A DNA stretch of 52,045 nt, from the IMG/VR virus record IMGVR_UViG_3300047376_000089, positions 1-52,045 of that record; one strand, 5' to 3'. Shown here piece by piece: positions 16,041 through 24,400 of this stretch (its first letter is position 1; each line of letters opens with the position of its first letter). A model generated the notes under the pieces. That model searched no databases. It was given only the letters and a program-made list of their open reading frames with translations, and had not been told where the DNA came from. This DNA is from a virus (Duplodnaviria > Caudoviricetes). The translations under genes and the position numbers were made by a program.

Positions 16041-16574
16041 ATGTTTAATGTTGAATTTAAAGATGGTCAGTATGAGTACACTGATAACTCAGGACAAGTA
16101 CGGAAGTATCCATCGTATGATGAGTTAGATAAATCATGTATTCATTGCGGTGACGAGTTAGGACAACACAATCTCGTGTTAGGCAACCTTAGAAAAAACT
16201 GTTACATATGTAGAACCTGTGATAACAATAGAAAGAAATCACGTGAACATAGACGATTAGTAAAAACAAAGTATGAGTTTCGTAGGTCTGAGCCTGAGTT
16301 AAAAACTGGATATGTATATGTCCTTAGTATACCTGCTTATCCTGACTATGTTAAGATAGGTATGAGCATTGATGTAGACAAAAGAAAAAAGGGTGCAAAC
16401 ACATGGACGCCACATAAAGATGTGATGGAACATGGTAAAGTATATAGTGAAGACAAACGTACTCTTGAGGGTATGGTACACGATAAACTAAAGAAGTATG
16501 TTGCTACTTCACAGGAGTGGTTTAAGGTAACGCCAGAGGTAGCACTAAAAACTATACGAGAATGTAAGGGATAG
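16041..16574 (+). CDS. T5orf172/GIY-YIG-like nuclease with N-terminal Zn ribbon
   Basis: CIHC..CRTC; GYVYV...VKIGMS...EWF. Confidence 0.8.
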   Translation: MFNVEFKDGQYEYTDNSGQVRKYPSYDELDKSCIHCGDELGQHNLVLGNLRKNCYICRTCDNNRKKSREHRRLVKTKYEFRRSEPELKTGYVYVLSIPAYPDYVKIGMSIDVDKRKKGANTWTPHKDVMEHGKVYSEDKRTLEGMVHDKLKKYVATSQEWFKVTPEVALKTIRECKG

Positions 16575-16578
16575 TACA

Positions 16579-17229
16579 ATGATAGACGTAACATTAATTG
16601 ATAGCATGGGCAGTGACCTTACTGTAGTAAACTCTGCTCGTGTTAGCTTCAACAAGAAGAGTGGGTGGGATGAAGACAATACCCTCACTGTGTCAGACAG
16701 TATACTTATATCATATCTTGCACGACACAAACACATGTCACCCTTTGGTCATTGCTTTGCTACCTTCCATGTCAAAGCACCTGTGTTTGTTGCAAGACAA
16801 CTGGTCAAGCATAAGTTTCTTAGATGGAACGAGGTAAGCCGTAGGTATGTAGATGAAAAACCTGAGTACTACTCTCCTATGACATGGAGAGGACGTGCAG
16901 ATGATAAGAAACAGGGTAGTAAGGGAGAGATTGCACTGTCTTACAAACTCATAAGCACACTGGCTAAACACACAGTATGGTGTGACAAAGCATACAATGA
17001 CTTACTTGCTGAAGGTATTGCACCAGAGCAAGCACGTATGGTACTGCCACAGAGCACCATGACAGAGTGGTACTGGTCAGGTAGTCTGGATGCATGGTCA
17101 GATATGTGCAAGCTTAGACAGAGTGAGGACTCACAGTACGAGACACGGCTAGTTGCTAATTATATTAGTACTGAGATGGGGAAACTATTCCCTGATTCGT
17201 GGATAGCATTGACGGCTTATAACCGATGA
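16579..17229 (+). CDS. thyX: Flavin-dependent thymidylate synthase
   Basis: SARVSF, HMSPF, RQLVKH...NEVSRRY, EQARMVLP. Confidence 0.93.
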   Translation: MIDVTLIDSMGSDLTVVNSARVSFNKKSGWDEDNTLTVSDSILISYLARHKHMSPFGHCFATFHVKAPVFVARQLVKHKFLRWNEVSRRYVDEKPEYYSPMTWRGRADDKKQGSKGEIALSYKLISTLAKHTVWCDKAYNDLLAEGIAPEQARMVLPQSTMTEWYWSGSLDAWSDMCKLRQSEDSQYETRLVANYISTEMGKLFPDSWIALTAYNR

Positions 17230-17375
17230 GTGAGCAGTACTGTACAACAAAAGGATTAGGTTGGGCATTTCTACTATGTGTATTATTTATACTAGGTGTG
17301 CCTGTGGGTATGTGGTTAGCATTAGAAGGGCTATCATGGTACGAGACATTCAGCATGATGAACCCAATGTTCTAG
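17226..17375 (+). CDS. Small membrane protein (49 aa)
   Basis: MSEQYCTTKGLGWAFLLCVLFILGVPVGMWLAL. Confidence 0.6.
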   Translation: MSEQYCTTKGLGWAFLLCVLFILGVPVGMWLALEGLSWYETFSMMNPMF

Positions 17376-17384
17376 GAGACAGCC

Positions 17385-17627
17385 ATGAGAAGATATAAAG
17401 AAGTTAAATGTCATTTGTGTGAGGAATACTTTGACACAACTAAGTATACGTCCTGCCCGAAAGAATCGTGTAGGTCAGCAGGTGAATTAAAAGAATGGTT
17501 TATTGATAAACGTAAAGGTATTTCAAAAGAAATTAGGCACATGACAGATGAAGAACGACAACGTGCCAAAGAAAGAGAGGAAGCTAATAAATGTACACAG
17601 TCGAGTTTGAAAAAGACGCCTCAATAG
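17385..17627 (+). CDS. Hypothetical protein with Zn-finger-like Cys pairs
   Basis: CHLC...CPKESC. Confidence 0.6.
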   Translation: MRRYKEVKCHLCEEYFDTTKYTSCPKESCRSAGELKEWFIDKRKGISKEIRHMTDEERQRAKEREEANKCTQSSLKKTPQ

Positions 17628-17842
17628 TTACATCATTAGATGAGACTGATAGATTTGAGGACGTAGAGATGGTGATAGGTGAGGATGACACTGTTTATTT
17701 AAGACAGTTTGAACCTAACCTAAATGAACATCAAATTATTTATATATCATATCAGCAATTGCTAGATATAGTTACCTCTTTGAATAGCACAGAGGGAGCT
17801 TTCTATGCAAAGCTAAGAGGAGGCACACTACATGACACATAA
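17591..17842 (+). CDS. Hypothetical protein
   Basis: ORF in operon. Confidence 0.7.
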   Translation: MYTVEFEKDASIVTSLDETDRFEDVEMVIGEDDTVYLRQFEPNLNEHQIIYISYQQLLDIVTSLNSTEGAFYAKLRGGTLHDT

Positions 17843-18032
17843 AGATATGTTTGACGAGATAAGATTAAACACTTTTGTTAAGAGATTAGGACTAAGCATT
17901 GACGAAGTTGAACATGCATTAAGTTTGTATGCACACAATAAAAAGTTTGACAAAGAGCTTGATGAGTATTATAACTTAGATAACGACACAATAGATGATG
18001 ACTGGGATGAATGGCATCCCAACGACTTATAG
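17832..18032 (+). CDS. Acidic hypothetical protein
   Basis: GGAGG RBS. Confidence 0.65.
   Translation: MTHKDMFDEIRLNTFVKRLGLSIDEVEHALSLYAHNKKFDKELDEYYNLDNDTIDDDWDEWHPNDL
17947..17976 (+). promoter_or_regulatory. Internal promoter upstream of the DNA polymerase block
   Basis: TTGACA-N17-TATAACT. Confidence 0.6.
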
Positions 18033-18044
18033 GAGAATATATTT

Positions 18045-18737
18045 ATGAAACTAATAAAGTTCAGTACTAATGCAGAGTTAAAGGGTGTTATTCCAGACCC
18101 TGTTCCTGCAAAGAAATTAATACCTGATTGGTTCAAAAAGTTAGAATCTCAACATGGTCCTGTTGCATTTAAAGGTAGGCAGGTACAACGCCCTATGACA
18201 ATTAAGGCATGTCCACCTGTACTAGACTATTTATGTACTGGTTATATAATACCTCTACATTCAGACATGTTTGCACATGAAGAATCCGATGATTTTTGTT
18301 CATTGCAATGTAACTTAGATATACCTATAGTAGACTACCATTCTAAAGAACAGGTGAAGACATCACATTTTGAGGATCGTACATCGTACAAATTAATAAA
18401 CCCTTGGACAATTGAAACACCAAAAGGATATTCTTGTTTATTTATGAAACCTTTCTACTCAGACACAGGAAGTATTGAGGTTTTACCTGCTGTTGTTGAT
18501 ACAGACGTTTATCATAATATAAACTTTCCTTTCTACATCAATAAAGAGATCAAGGAAGGAGATATATGGACTAGAGGCACACCTATTGTGCAAGTTATAC
18601 CTTTTAAAAGAGAGGAGTGGAAAATGGAAAGTTCGACTGTTAATAACCTTAAAAAACACAAAGAAAATCTTTTTATGAGAAGTGTCTTTGGTGGTGGGTA
18701 CAAGAATTTTCTTAAAAACAAGAAGGTATTTAGATAA
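18045..18737 (+). CDS. DUF6065-like protein (dUTPase-like beta fold suspected)
   Basis: CPPVLDY..GYIIP; NPW.IETPKGYSCLF; VVDTD; GTPIVQVIPFKRE. Confidence 0.6.
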   Translation: MKLIKFSTNAELKGVIPDPVPAKKLIPDWFKKLESQHGPVAFKGRQVQRPMTIKACPPVLDYLCTGYIIPLHSDMFAHEESDDFCSLQCNLDIPIVDYHSKEQVKTSHFEDRTSYKLINPWTIETPKGYSCLFMKPFYSDTGSIEVLPAVVDTDVYHNINFPFYINKEIKEGDIWTRGTPIVQVIPFKREEWKMESSTVNNLKKHKENLFMRSVFGGGYKNFLKNKKVFR

Positions 18738-20783
18738 ATGAAACTAACACTCGACATAGAAAACACTGTGACCAAACGGAATGACAAGCTACACCTTGAT
18801 CCTTTTGAGCCAGATAATACATTGGTTATGGTGGGTATGCTAGATGATCTTGGACACGAGGACATTGTAACATTCGATCATTCAGAGCAACAACCTACCA
18901 CAGAAGGGCGGTACATTGTCCAAAAGAAACTGGATGAGACTGCCCTTCTGATTATGCACAATGCTTCACATGACTTGATCTGGCTATGGGAGTCAGGGTT
19001 TACCTACGAGGGTGACATATTTGACACAATGCTAGGTGAGTATGTATTGCAACGTGGACAGAAAGAACCTCTGTCTCTTGAGGCATGTGCTGAGAGGTAC
19101 GACCTTGACACTAAGAAACAGGACACACTCAAGGAGTGGCTTAAGGCAGGTAAGTCTGTACGTGATATGGATCATACTGAGTTATCTGACTACCTGTCTG
19201 CTGACCTACATGCTACTCAGCAATTGTATGATCGTTTGCGGATACAGTACGAGGATTGCAACTCACTGGAAGGAACGATCCGATTGACCAATCAATTGGC
19301 TGTACACCTTACACGTATATACCAACGTGGGTTTGCAGTTGACTTGGAAGCTTTGGAAGCTGTACGTAAAGAGTTTGAACAGGAACGTGACACATTGACA
19401 CACGAGTTAGAAGAACAGGTACGTGAACTAATGGGTGATCGTCCTATCAATCTCAACAGTCCAGAGCAATTGTCTTGGGTTATATACAGCAAGAAGCCCA
19501 AGGATAAGAAGGTATGGCCCGATTTATTTGAGCCGTACATGAGTGATGCCGACTATCGTTCAACGGTACACAACAACTCAGAGAAGTTGTATAAGCAAAA
19601 AGCAAAGCAGTGCCGTGATTGTGGTGGCACTGGACAAATTAGAAAGGTAAAGAAAAATGGAACACCATATGCAAGAACAAATAAATGTCCTACCTGCGAT
19701 AGTTCAGGTTATATATTTATGGATATTCATTCGTCTGTTGGGGGATTAAAGTTCAATGCTCCCACCTCAAAATGGATTTCAGCTAACGGTTTCGCCACAA
19801 GCAAGGACAGACTTGTATACCTTGAAGGTGTGGCTAGATCACGTAATATGCAGGACGCAGTTGACTTCTTACAACGAGTTCGCAGGTTGTCTGCCGTTGA
19901 TACATATCTATCAAGCTTTGTGGAAGGTATCAACAACTATGTAAAACAGGACGGTAAGCTGCACGTCAGCTTGCTGCAACACAGGACTGCCACTGGTAGA
20001 TTGTCAGGGGCTAACCCTAACATGCAGAACATGCCACGTGGCGGTACGTTTCCAGTCAAACGTGTGTTCAAGTCACGATGGGATAACGGAAAAATAATTG
20101 AGGCCGACTTTGCCCAGTTAGAATTTCGAGTGGCTGCGTTCTTGTCTCAGGATAAGATTGCAATTGATGAAGTAAATACAGGCTTTGATGTACACAGTTA
20201 CACTGCCAAAGTTATTTCTGATGCAGGTCAAAACATTTCCAGACAAGATGCAAAGTCTCATACATTCGCACCTTTATATGGTGCAAGTGGGTTTGGCAGA
20301 ACACCTGCTGAAGCTGCATACTATGAACAGTTTACCAAGAAGTATTCTGGCATAGCTAAGTGGCACAAAGAATTGGCACGTGAAGCATTGGGTACAGGAA
20401 AGATACAAACACCATCAGGACGTGAGTTCTCATTTCCAGATGTGGTACGTAGATCAAATGGAAGTGTGACATATTTCACACAGATTAAAAACTTTCCTGT
20501 TCAATCCTTTGCCACTGCTGACATCGTACCTATATCACTCATATACATTGATAAGATGTTAGGTATAAATCAAATGCAATCATGCATAGTCAATACAGTA
20601 CACGATTCTATTGTTATTGATGTGCATCCTAACGAGAAGGAGAAAGTACTAAAAGTAATACATGCAGCCAATGATAAGCTTCTTGGAATAGTAAATCGTA
20701 AGTGGAAACTAGACTTCAACGTACCTTTATTATTAGAAGCAAAAATAGGTAACAATTGGCTTGACACCGTAGATGTGTCGTGA
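18738..20783 (+). CDS. polA: Family A DNA polymerase with 3'-5' exonuclease and DnaJ-like Zn-finger insertion
   Basis: LDIE, HNASHD; motif A DFAQLEFR, motif B RQDAKSHTFAPLYG, motif C VHDS; CRDCGGTG...CPTCDSSG. Confidence 0.96.
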   Translation: MKLTLDIENTVTKRNDKLHLDPFEPDNTLVMVGMLDDLGHEDIVTFDHSEQQPTTEGRYIVQKKLDETALLIMHNASHDLIWLWESGFTYEGDIFDTMLGEYVLQRGQKEPLSLEACAERYDLDTKKQDTLKEWLKAGKSVRDMDHTELSDYLSADLHATQQLYDRLRIQYEDCNSLEGTIRLTNQLAVHLTRIYQRGFAVDLEALEAVRKEFEQERDTLTHELEEQVRELMGDRPINLNSPEQLSWVIYSKKPKDKKVWPDLFEPYMSDADYRSTVHNNSEKLYKQKAKQCRDCGGTGQIRKVKKNGTPYARTNKCPTCDSSGYIFMDIHSSVGGLKFNAPTSKWISANGFATSKDRLVYLEGVARSRNMQDAVDFLQRVRRLSAVDTYLSSFVEGINNYVKQDGKLHVSLLQHRTATGRLSGANPNMQNMPRGGTFPVKRVFKSRWDNGKIIEADFAQLEFRVAAFLSQDKIAIDEVNTGFDVHSYTAKVISDAGQNISRQDAKSHTFAPLYGASGFGRTPAEAAYYEQFTKKYSGIAKWHKELAREALGTGKIQTPSGREFSFPDVVRRSNGSVTYFTQIKNFPVQSFATADIVPISLIYIDKMLGINQMQSCIVNTVHDSIVIDVHPNEKEKVLKVIHAANDKLLGIVNRKWKLDFNVPLLLEAKIGNNWLDTVDVS

Positions 20784-20790
20784 TATAACT
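20761..20790 (+). promoter_or_regulatory. Sigma70-like promoter
   Basis: TTGACA-N17-TATAACT with extended TG. Confidence 0.72.
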
Positions 20791-20820
20791 AAGATTCGTT
20801 TTAACAGAAAAGGAGAATAC

Positions 20821-21711
20821 ATGAACCAAGTATCAACAATAAACACAGGTAACTTTAATGCAATGGCAGAGGCAATGGGTATGTCAGTAGACACCCAACA
20901 AAAGTCTCAGGCCAGTACACTTGCTAGATTGCGTGTCAATCACTCACCTATCATGGGTGAGGAAACCATCAATGGTAAGAAGGTTAAAGTTGAGGTTGTG
21001 TCAGGTGGTACATACAAGTTGGAGATACCAGATGGTCCGACTTACTACGCCACTTCAGCTACTATACGTCCATACCTACAACGTTTTATGTACAAACGTT
21101 TTGTAAAAGGTAGTGACAGTACACCTAATCGTTACGTCAAAACACTAATGGCTAACGACTTGAACAACGACATGAAGGACAATGACGGTGGCTTCAACTG
21201 TGGTAAACCTGCAGGTTACATTGAAGACTTCAAGGCATTACCTGAGAAGACACAAGACTTGATACGTCAAATCAAACGAGTACGTGTACTGTTTGGTACG
21301 GTAGAACTACATGGCATTGTAGATGCTACAGGTAAGTCAGTAGAGTTGTCACCACAGGCGTTCATCTACGAGATAGAGAATCGTGATGCGTTCAAAGGTG
21401 CAGGTGTAATCTTCAACAAGCTAGGCAAGATGCGTAGGCTACCAGTACAGCATAACGTATCAATGTCTACTGAAGAGCAGTCAATGCCTAACGGTAACGT
21501 GTGGTACTTACCTACATTTACACTTGACTTAGGTGAAACACTTGAGGTGGGTGATGGTGAGCAAGAAACCTTTGCTAATTTCATGGCATGGATTGAGAAC
21601 TATAATGAGTACATCAAGTCTGCATGGAATGATAATGCCTACAAGAATGACGATACAGATACAGATACTGTAGAGGAGTTCGTAGACATTGACGCAGAGG
21701 ACTTTGTGTAA
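20821..21711 (+). CDS. Putative ssDNA-binding/recombination protein
   Basis: Position after polymerase; highly acidic C-tail ending EDFV. Confidence 0.6.
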   Translation: MNQVSTINTGNFNAMAEAMGMSVDTQQKSQASTLARLRVNHSPIMGEETINGKKVKVEVVSGGTYKLEIPDGPTYYATSATIRPYLQRFMYKRFVKGSDSTPNRYVKTLMANDLNNDMKDNDGGFNCGKPAGYIEDFKALPEKTQDLIRQIKRVRVLFGTVELHGIVDATGKSVELSPQAFIYEIENRDAFKGAGVIFNKLGKMRRLPVQHNVSMSTEEQSMPNGNVWYLPTFTLDLGETLEVGDGEQETFANFMAWIENYNEYIKSAWNDNAYKNDDTDTDTVEEFVDIDAEDFV

Positions 21712-22562
21712 TGTATCACCGTGCTGAACTAGCAATACATCAGTACCTAGAAAATGCTGCCAACGGTAAGTCTACTATGTCGGATGAAACAATCGACACG
21801 GTAGCACGTGAGGTAGCAGAGGCACTGAAACGTCAGTTCGGTAGTGGTAATAAACGTGGTGAGTTCAGGTTAAGGATGTCCAACATTGGGCGTCCTACTT
21901 GCCAACTCTGGTTTGATAAGAACAAACCTGAAACGGCATTACCAAAGCCGACTACATTTGTAATGAACATGATGTTAGGAGATATAGTTGAGGCTGTTTT
22001 TAAGGGTGTTCTTAAAGAGTCTAACGTGGCTTTTGAAGACACTGATAAAGTTAGCCTTCCAGTGGGAGATAGTAATGATACTGTTGTTTCTGGGAGTTAT
22101 GATCTTATCGTAGACGGTGCACTTGATGATGTAAAGTCAGCATCAGATTGGTCTTACAGAAATAAGTTTGAGTCATACGATACGTTAGCCAAAGGAGATT
22201 CGTTTGGATATGTCGGGCAGTTAGCAGGTTATGCTAAAGCTTCAGGTAAGAAGGTAGGTGGTTGGTGGGTAGTCAACAAAGCCAACGGTGGCATCAAGTA
22301 TGTACCTGCTGACAACCTTGACATGGAAGCAGAGATGGACAAGATCAGACAGACTGTGGAGACAGTCAATAAGAACGAGTTCAAACGATGCTTCAGCCCT
22401 GTACCTGAGTTCTTTAGGGGTAAACCTACAGGCAATACGGTACTCAATGATGGTTGCAAGTTCTGCGACTATCGACACGAGTGTTGGCCTAACATGGTGG
22501 AAGAGCCATCACGAATGTCAAAAGCAAAAGACCCTAAGATAGTGGCATACATAGAGGAGTAA
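21711..22562 (+). CDS. PD-(D/E)xK Cas4-like exonuclease
   Basis: RMSNIGRPTCQLW; GSYDL..DDVKS; Y.GQL.GY; CKFCDYRHEC. Confidence 0.82.
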   Translation: MYHRAELAIHQYLENAANGKSTMSDETIDTVAREVAEALKRQFGSGNKRGEFRLRMSNIGRPTCQLWFDKNKPETALPKPTTFVMNMMLGDIVEAVFKGVLKESNVAFEDTDKVSLPVGDSNDTVVSGSYDLIVDGALDDVKSASDWSYRNKFESYDTLAKGDSFGYVGQLAGYAKASGKKVGGWWVVNKANGGIKYVPADNLDMEAEMDKIRQTVETVNKNEFKRCFSPVPEFFRGKPTGNTVLNDGCKFCDYRHECWPNMVEEPSRMSKAKDPKIVAYIEE

Positions 22563-22564
22563 AC

Positions 22565-22789
22565 ATGATAGGCGATGCAGAAATCCAAGAGTTACAGGAT
22601 AACATCAAAGAGATGGAACAAGAACTCACGGAGAAAAAGAAAGCCTTACGAGAAGCTAAATATGCAGGGCTACGTACAGCAATGCAAGCACGTAAGGATG
22701 CCGATGAAGCAGTTCGTCAAGAACTAAAGGAACTAGGTATAGCACCTTCTTCTTTTGGTCAACCATTACAGTGGCACTGGAAGTTCTAG
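22565..22789 (+). CDS. Coiled-coil hypothetical protein
   Basis: GAGGAG RBS. Confidence 0.75.
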   Translation: MIGDAEIQELQDNIKEMEQELTEKKKALREAKYAGLRTAMQARKDADEAVRQELKELGIAPSSFGQPLQWHWKF

Positions 22790-23241
22790 TGGACGGTAAA
22801 CGTTTCAAACATGCTTTAAAGCAGGGGTATAGGAGTGGTCTAGAGATAAAAGTCAAAGACTATCTGAAAGAAAAAAAGGTACGTTTCAAGTATGAGTCTC
22901 TCAAGATAGAATGGGAAGACTTAATGTACCGCACCTATACTCCTGACTTTATATTGCATAACGGTTTAATAATAGAAACAAAGGGAAGATTTACTACAGA
23001 CGATAGACGAAAGCATGTGAATATAAAAAAACAACACCCTAACCTAGACATACGTTTTGTGTTTGAGAACAGTAGACGTAAGTTAAGTAAGGGTGCAAAG
23101 ACAACGTATGCTTTATGGTGTGATAGAAATAATTTCTTATATGCTGATAGGGTTATTCCAGAGGAATGGTTGAAAGAAAAAGGTAAAGACCTTCATCCAG
23201 AACTTGTAGAGTTTCCTTACGAAAAGATAAAAAGGAGATGA
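22771..23241 (+). CDS. T7 gp3-like endonuclease I (Holliday junction resolvase)
   Basis: YRSGLE; YTPDF; IETKGRF; HPNLDIRFVF. Confidence 0.92.
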   Translation: MALEVLVDGKRFKHALKQGYRSGLEIKVKDYLKEKKVRFKYESLKIEWEDLMYRTYTPDFILHNGLIIETKGRFTTDDRRKHVNIKKQHPNLDIRFVFENSRRKLSKGAKTTYALWCDRNNFLYADRVIPEEWLKEKGKDLHPELVEFPYEKIKRR

Positions 23242-23242
23242 C

Positions 23243-23560
23243 ATGGAAGAAGAACAAACCTTTATTAACTTTGACCCTAACGATTTTATAATACGTATAT
23301 CCCCTGTTATGGAAGACGGTGAATGGAATGGAGATATTAATGTAGGTCAGGTTACAACAGAAATAAATAATTTATCTGATACTGATTATACACATCTTAG
23401 TATCTTGACAGACATGCTAGTATCTGCTATTCCTTTAATGGAGCAAGACAACGAGATTAGAAGTAGACTCTATAAACTAGCACAAGAACAGTTCGGTGAG
23501 GGTGAAAAGCCAGTTGTTACTGAACGAAAAGGAAACGTATTGAAAGTAAACTTTAAGTAG
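23243..23560 (+). CDS. Hypothetical protein
   Basis: RBS AGGAG. Confidence 0.75.
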   Translation: MEEEQTFINFDPNDFIIRISPVMEDGEWNGDINVGQVTTEINNLSDTDYTHLSILTDMLVSAIPLMEQDNEIRSRLYKLAQEQFGEGEKPVVTERKGNVLKVNFK

Positions 23561-23572
23561 AAGGAGACACGA

Positions 23573-23833
23573 ATGGCAGAAACATTAACGTTAACAAACG
23601 GTGAGCATACAATAACACTGGATGATCCTGTGAATAGTCCAAAGCATTATAACCAAGCAGGTATTGAATGTATTGATGCCATTCGTGCTGCTACTGATGA
23701 AGGTTTTGAGTACTATCTACAGGGTAATATTATGAAGTACCTGTGGAGATACAAGTACAAGAATGGATCAGAGGACTTGAAGAAAGCCCAATGGTATTTG
23801 AATAAACTAATAGAGGTGGTTGATGATAGTTAA
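23573..23833 (+). CDS. DUF3310 (T7 gp1.7-like nucleotide kinase family)
   Basis: DPVNSPKHY..IECIDAI..GNIMKYLWRY..KNG.EDLKKAQWYL. Confidence 0.88.
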   Translation: MAETLTLTNGEHTITLDDPVNSPKHYNQAGIECIDAIRAATDEGFEYYLQGNIMKYLWRYKYKNGSEDLKKAQWYLNKLIEVVDDS

Positions 23834-23990
23834 AGTATTTCTTACATTAGATATTGACGAGGAAGAGTACCCAATACCTGTGGACGGTTTCATTGACCCA
23901 GAGATAGAGGACGCAATGAATGATTTTATTCACGATGTGGACGGTATAAGAATTAGAAACATGAAGATAATTACACAGGAGCAGACATGA
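23823..23990 (+). CDS. Acidic hypothetical protein (55 aa)
   Basis: MIVKVFLTLDIDEEEYPIPVDG; overlaps both neighbours. Confidence 0.65.
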   Translation: MIVKVFLTLDIDEEEYPIPVDGFIDPEIEDAMNDFIHDVDGIRIRNMKIITQEQT

Positions 23991-24400
23991 AAATTTTAAA
24001 GAGACTGCCTGAGTTTCGTATGAGCCATTGGTTATTACGTATACCTTTAGTTGTTGTATTTGCACAACAGGGTTTAGATAAAATGCCAGTGGACGCAGAG
24101 ACAGCAGCTTCCTTTGACTTACCTTATTTGGTATGGTGGGTAGTTGCATACGGAGAACTAGGCGCAGCTATAGGATTATTATTTGGTGGTCTTTTTTACA
24201 TAAAAGATTTCACTGACTGGATAACAGAGATAGGAGATATACTAACTAGGTTTAGTGGGTTTACTATCGGCTGTATTATGACAGGAGTTATATGGATAGC
24301 TCAACCAGAAAGTTTATTGGACGTTATACTATATGATAACTTTCACGTAATGCTCTGGGTGGGTGGATTATATTTTGCATTGAGAGGAAACAGAACATGA
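23987..24400 (+). CDS. DoxX-family membrane protein
   Basis: LLRIPLVVVFAQQGLDK; VAYGEL; several TM segments. Confidence 0.75.
   Translation: MKILKRLPEFRMSHWLLRIPLVVVFAQQGLDKMPVDAETAASFDLPYLVWWVVAYGELGAAIGLLFGGLFYIKDFTDWITEIGDILTRFSGFTIGCIMTGVIWIAQPESLLDVILYDNFHVMLWVGGLYFALRGNRT

Noticed and set aside
21877-21892. Near-match to the palindrome (TGTCCAACATTGGGCG)
   Set aside because: Has a core mismatch and coincides with the nuclease motif RMSNIGRP, so protein constraint explains it; not counted
21711-22562. Cas4-like gene as evidence of CRISPR-Cas
   Set aside because: Solo Cas4-like exonucleases are normal in phage replication modules
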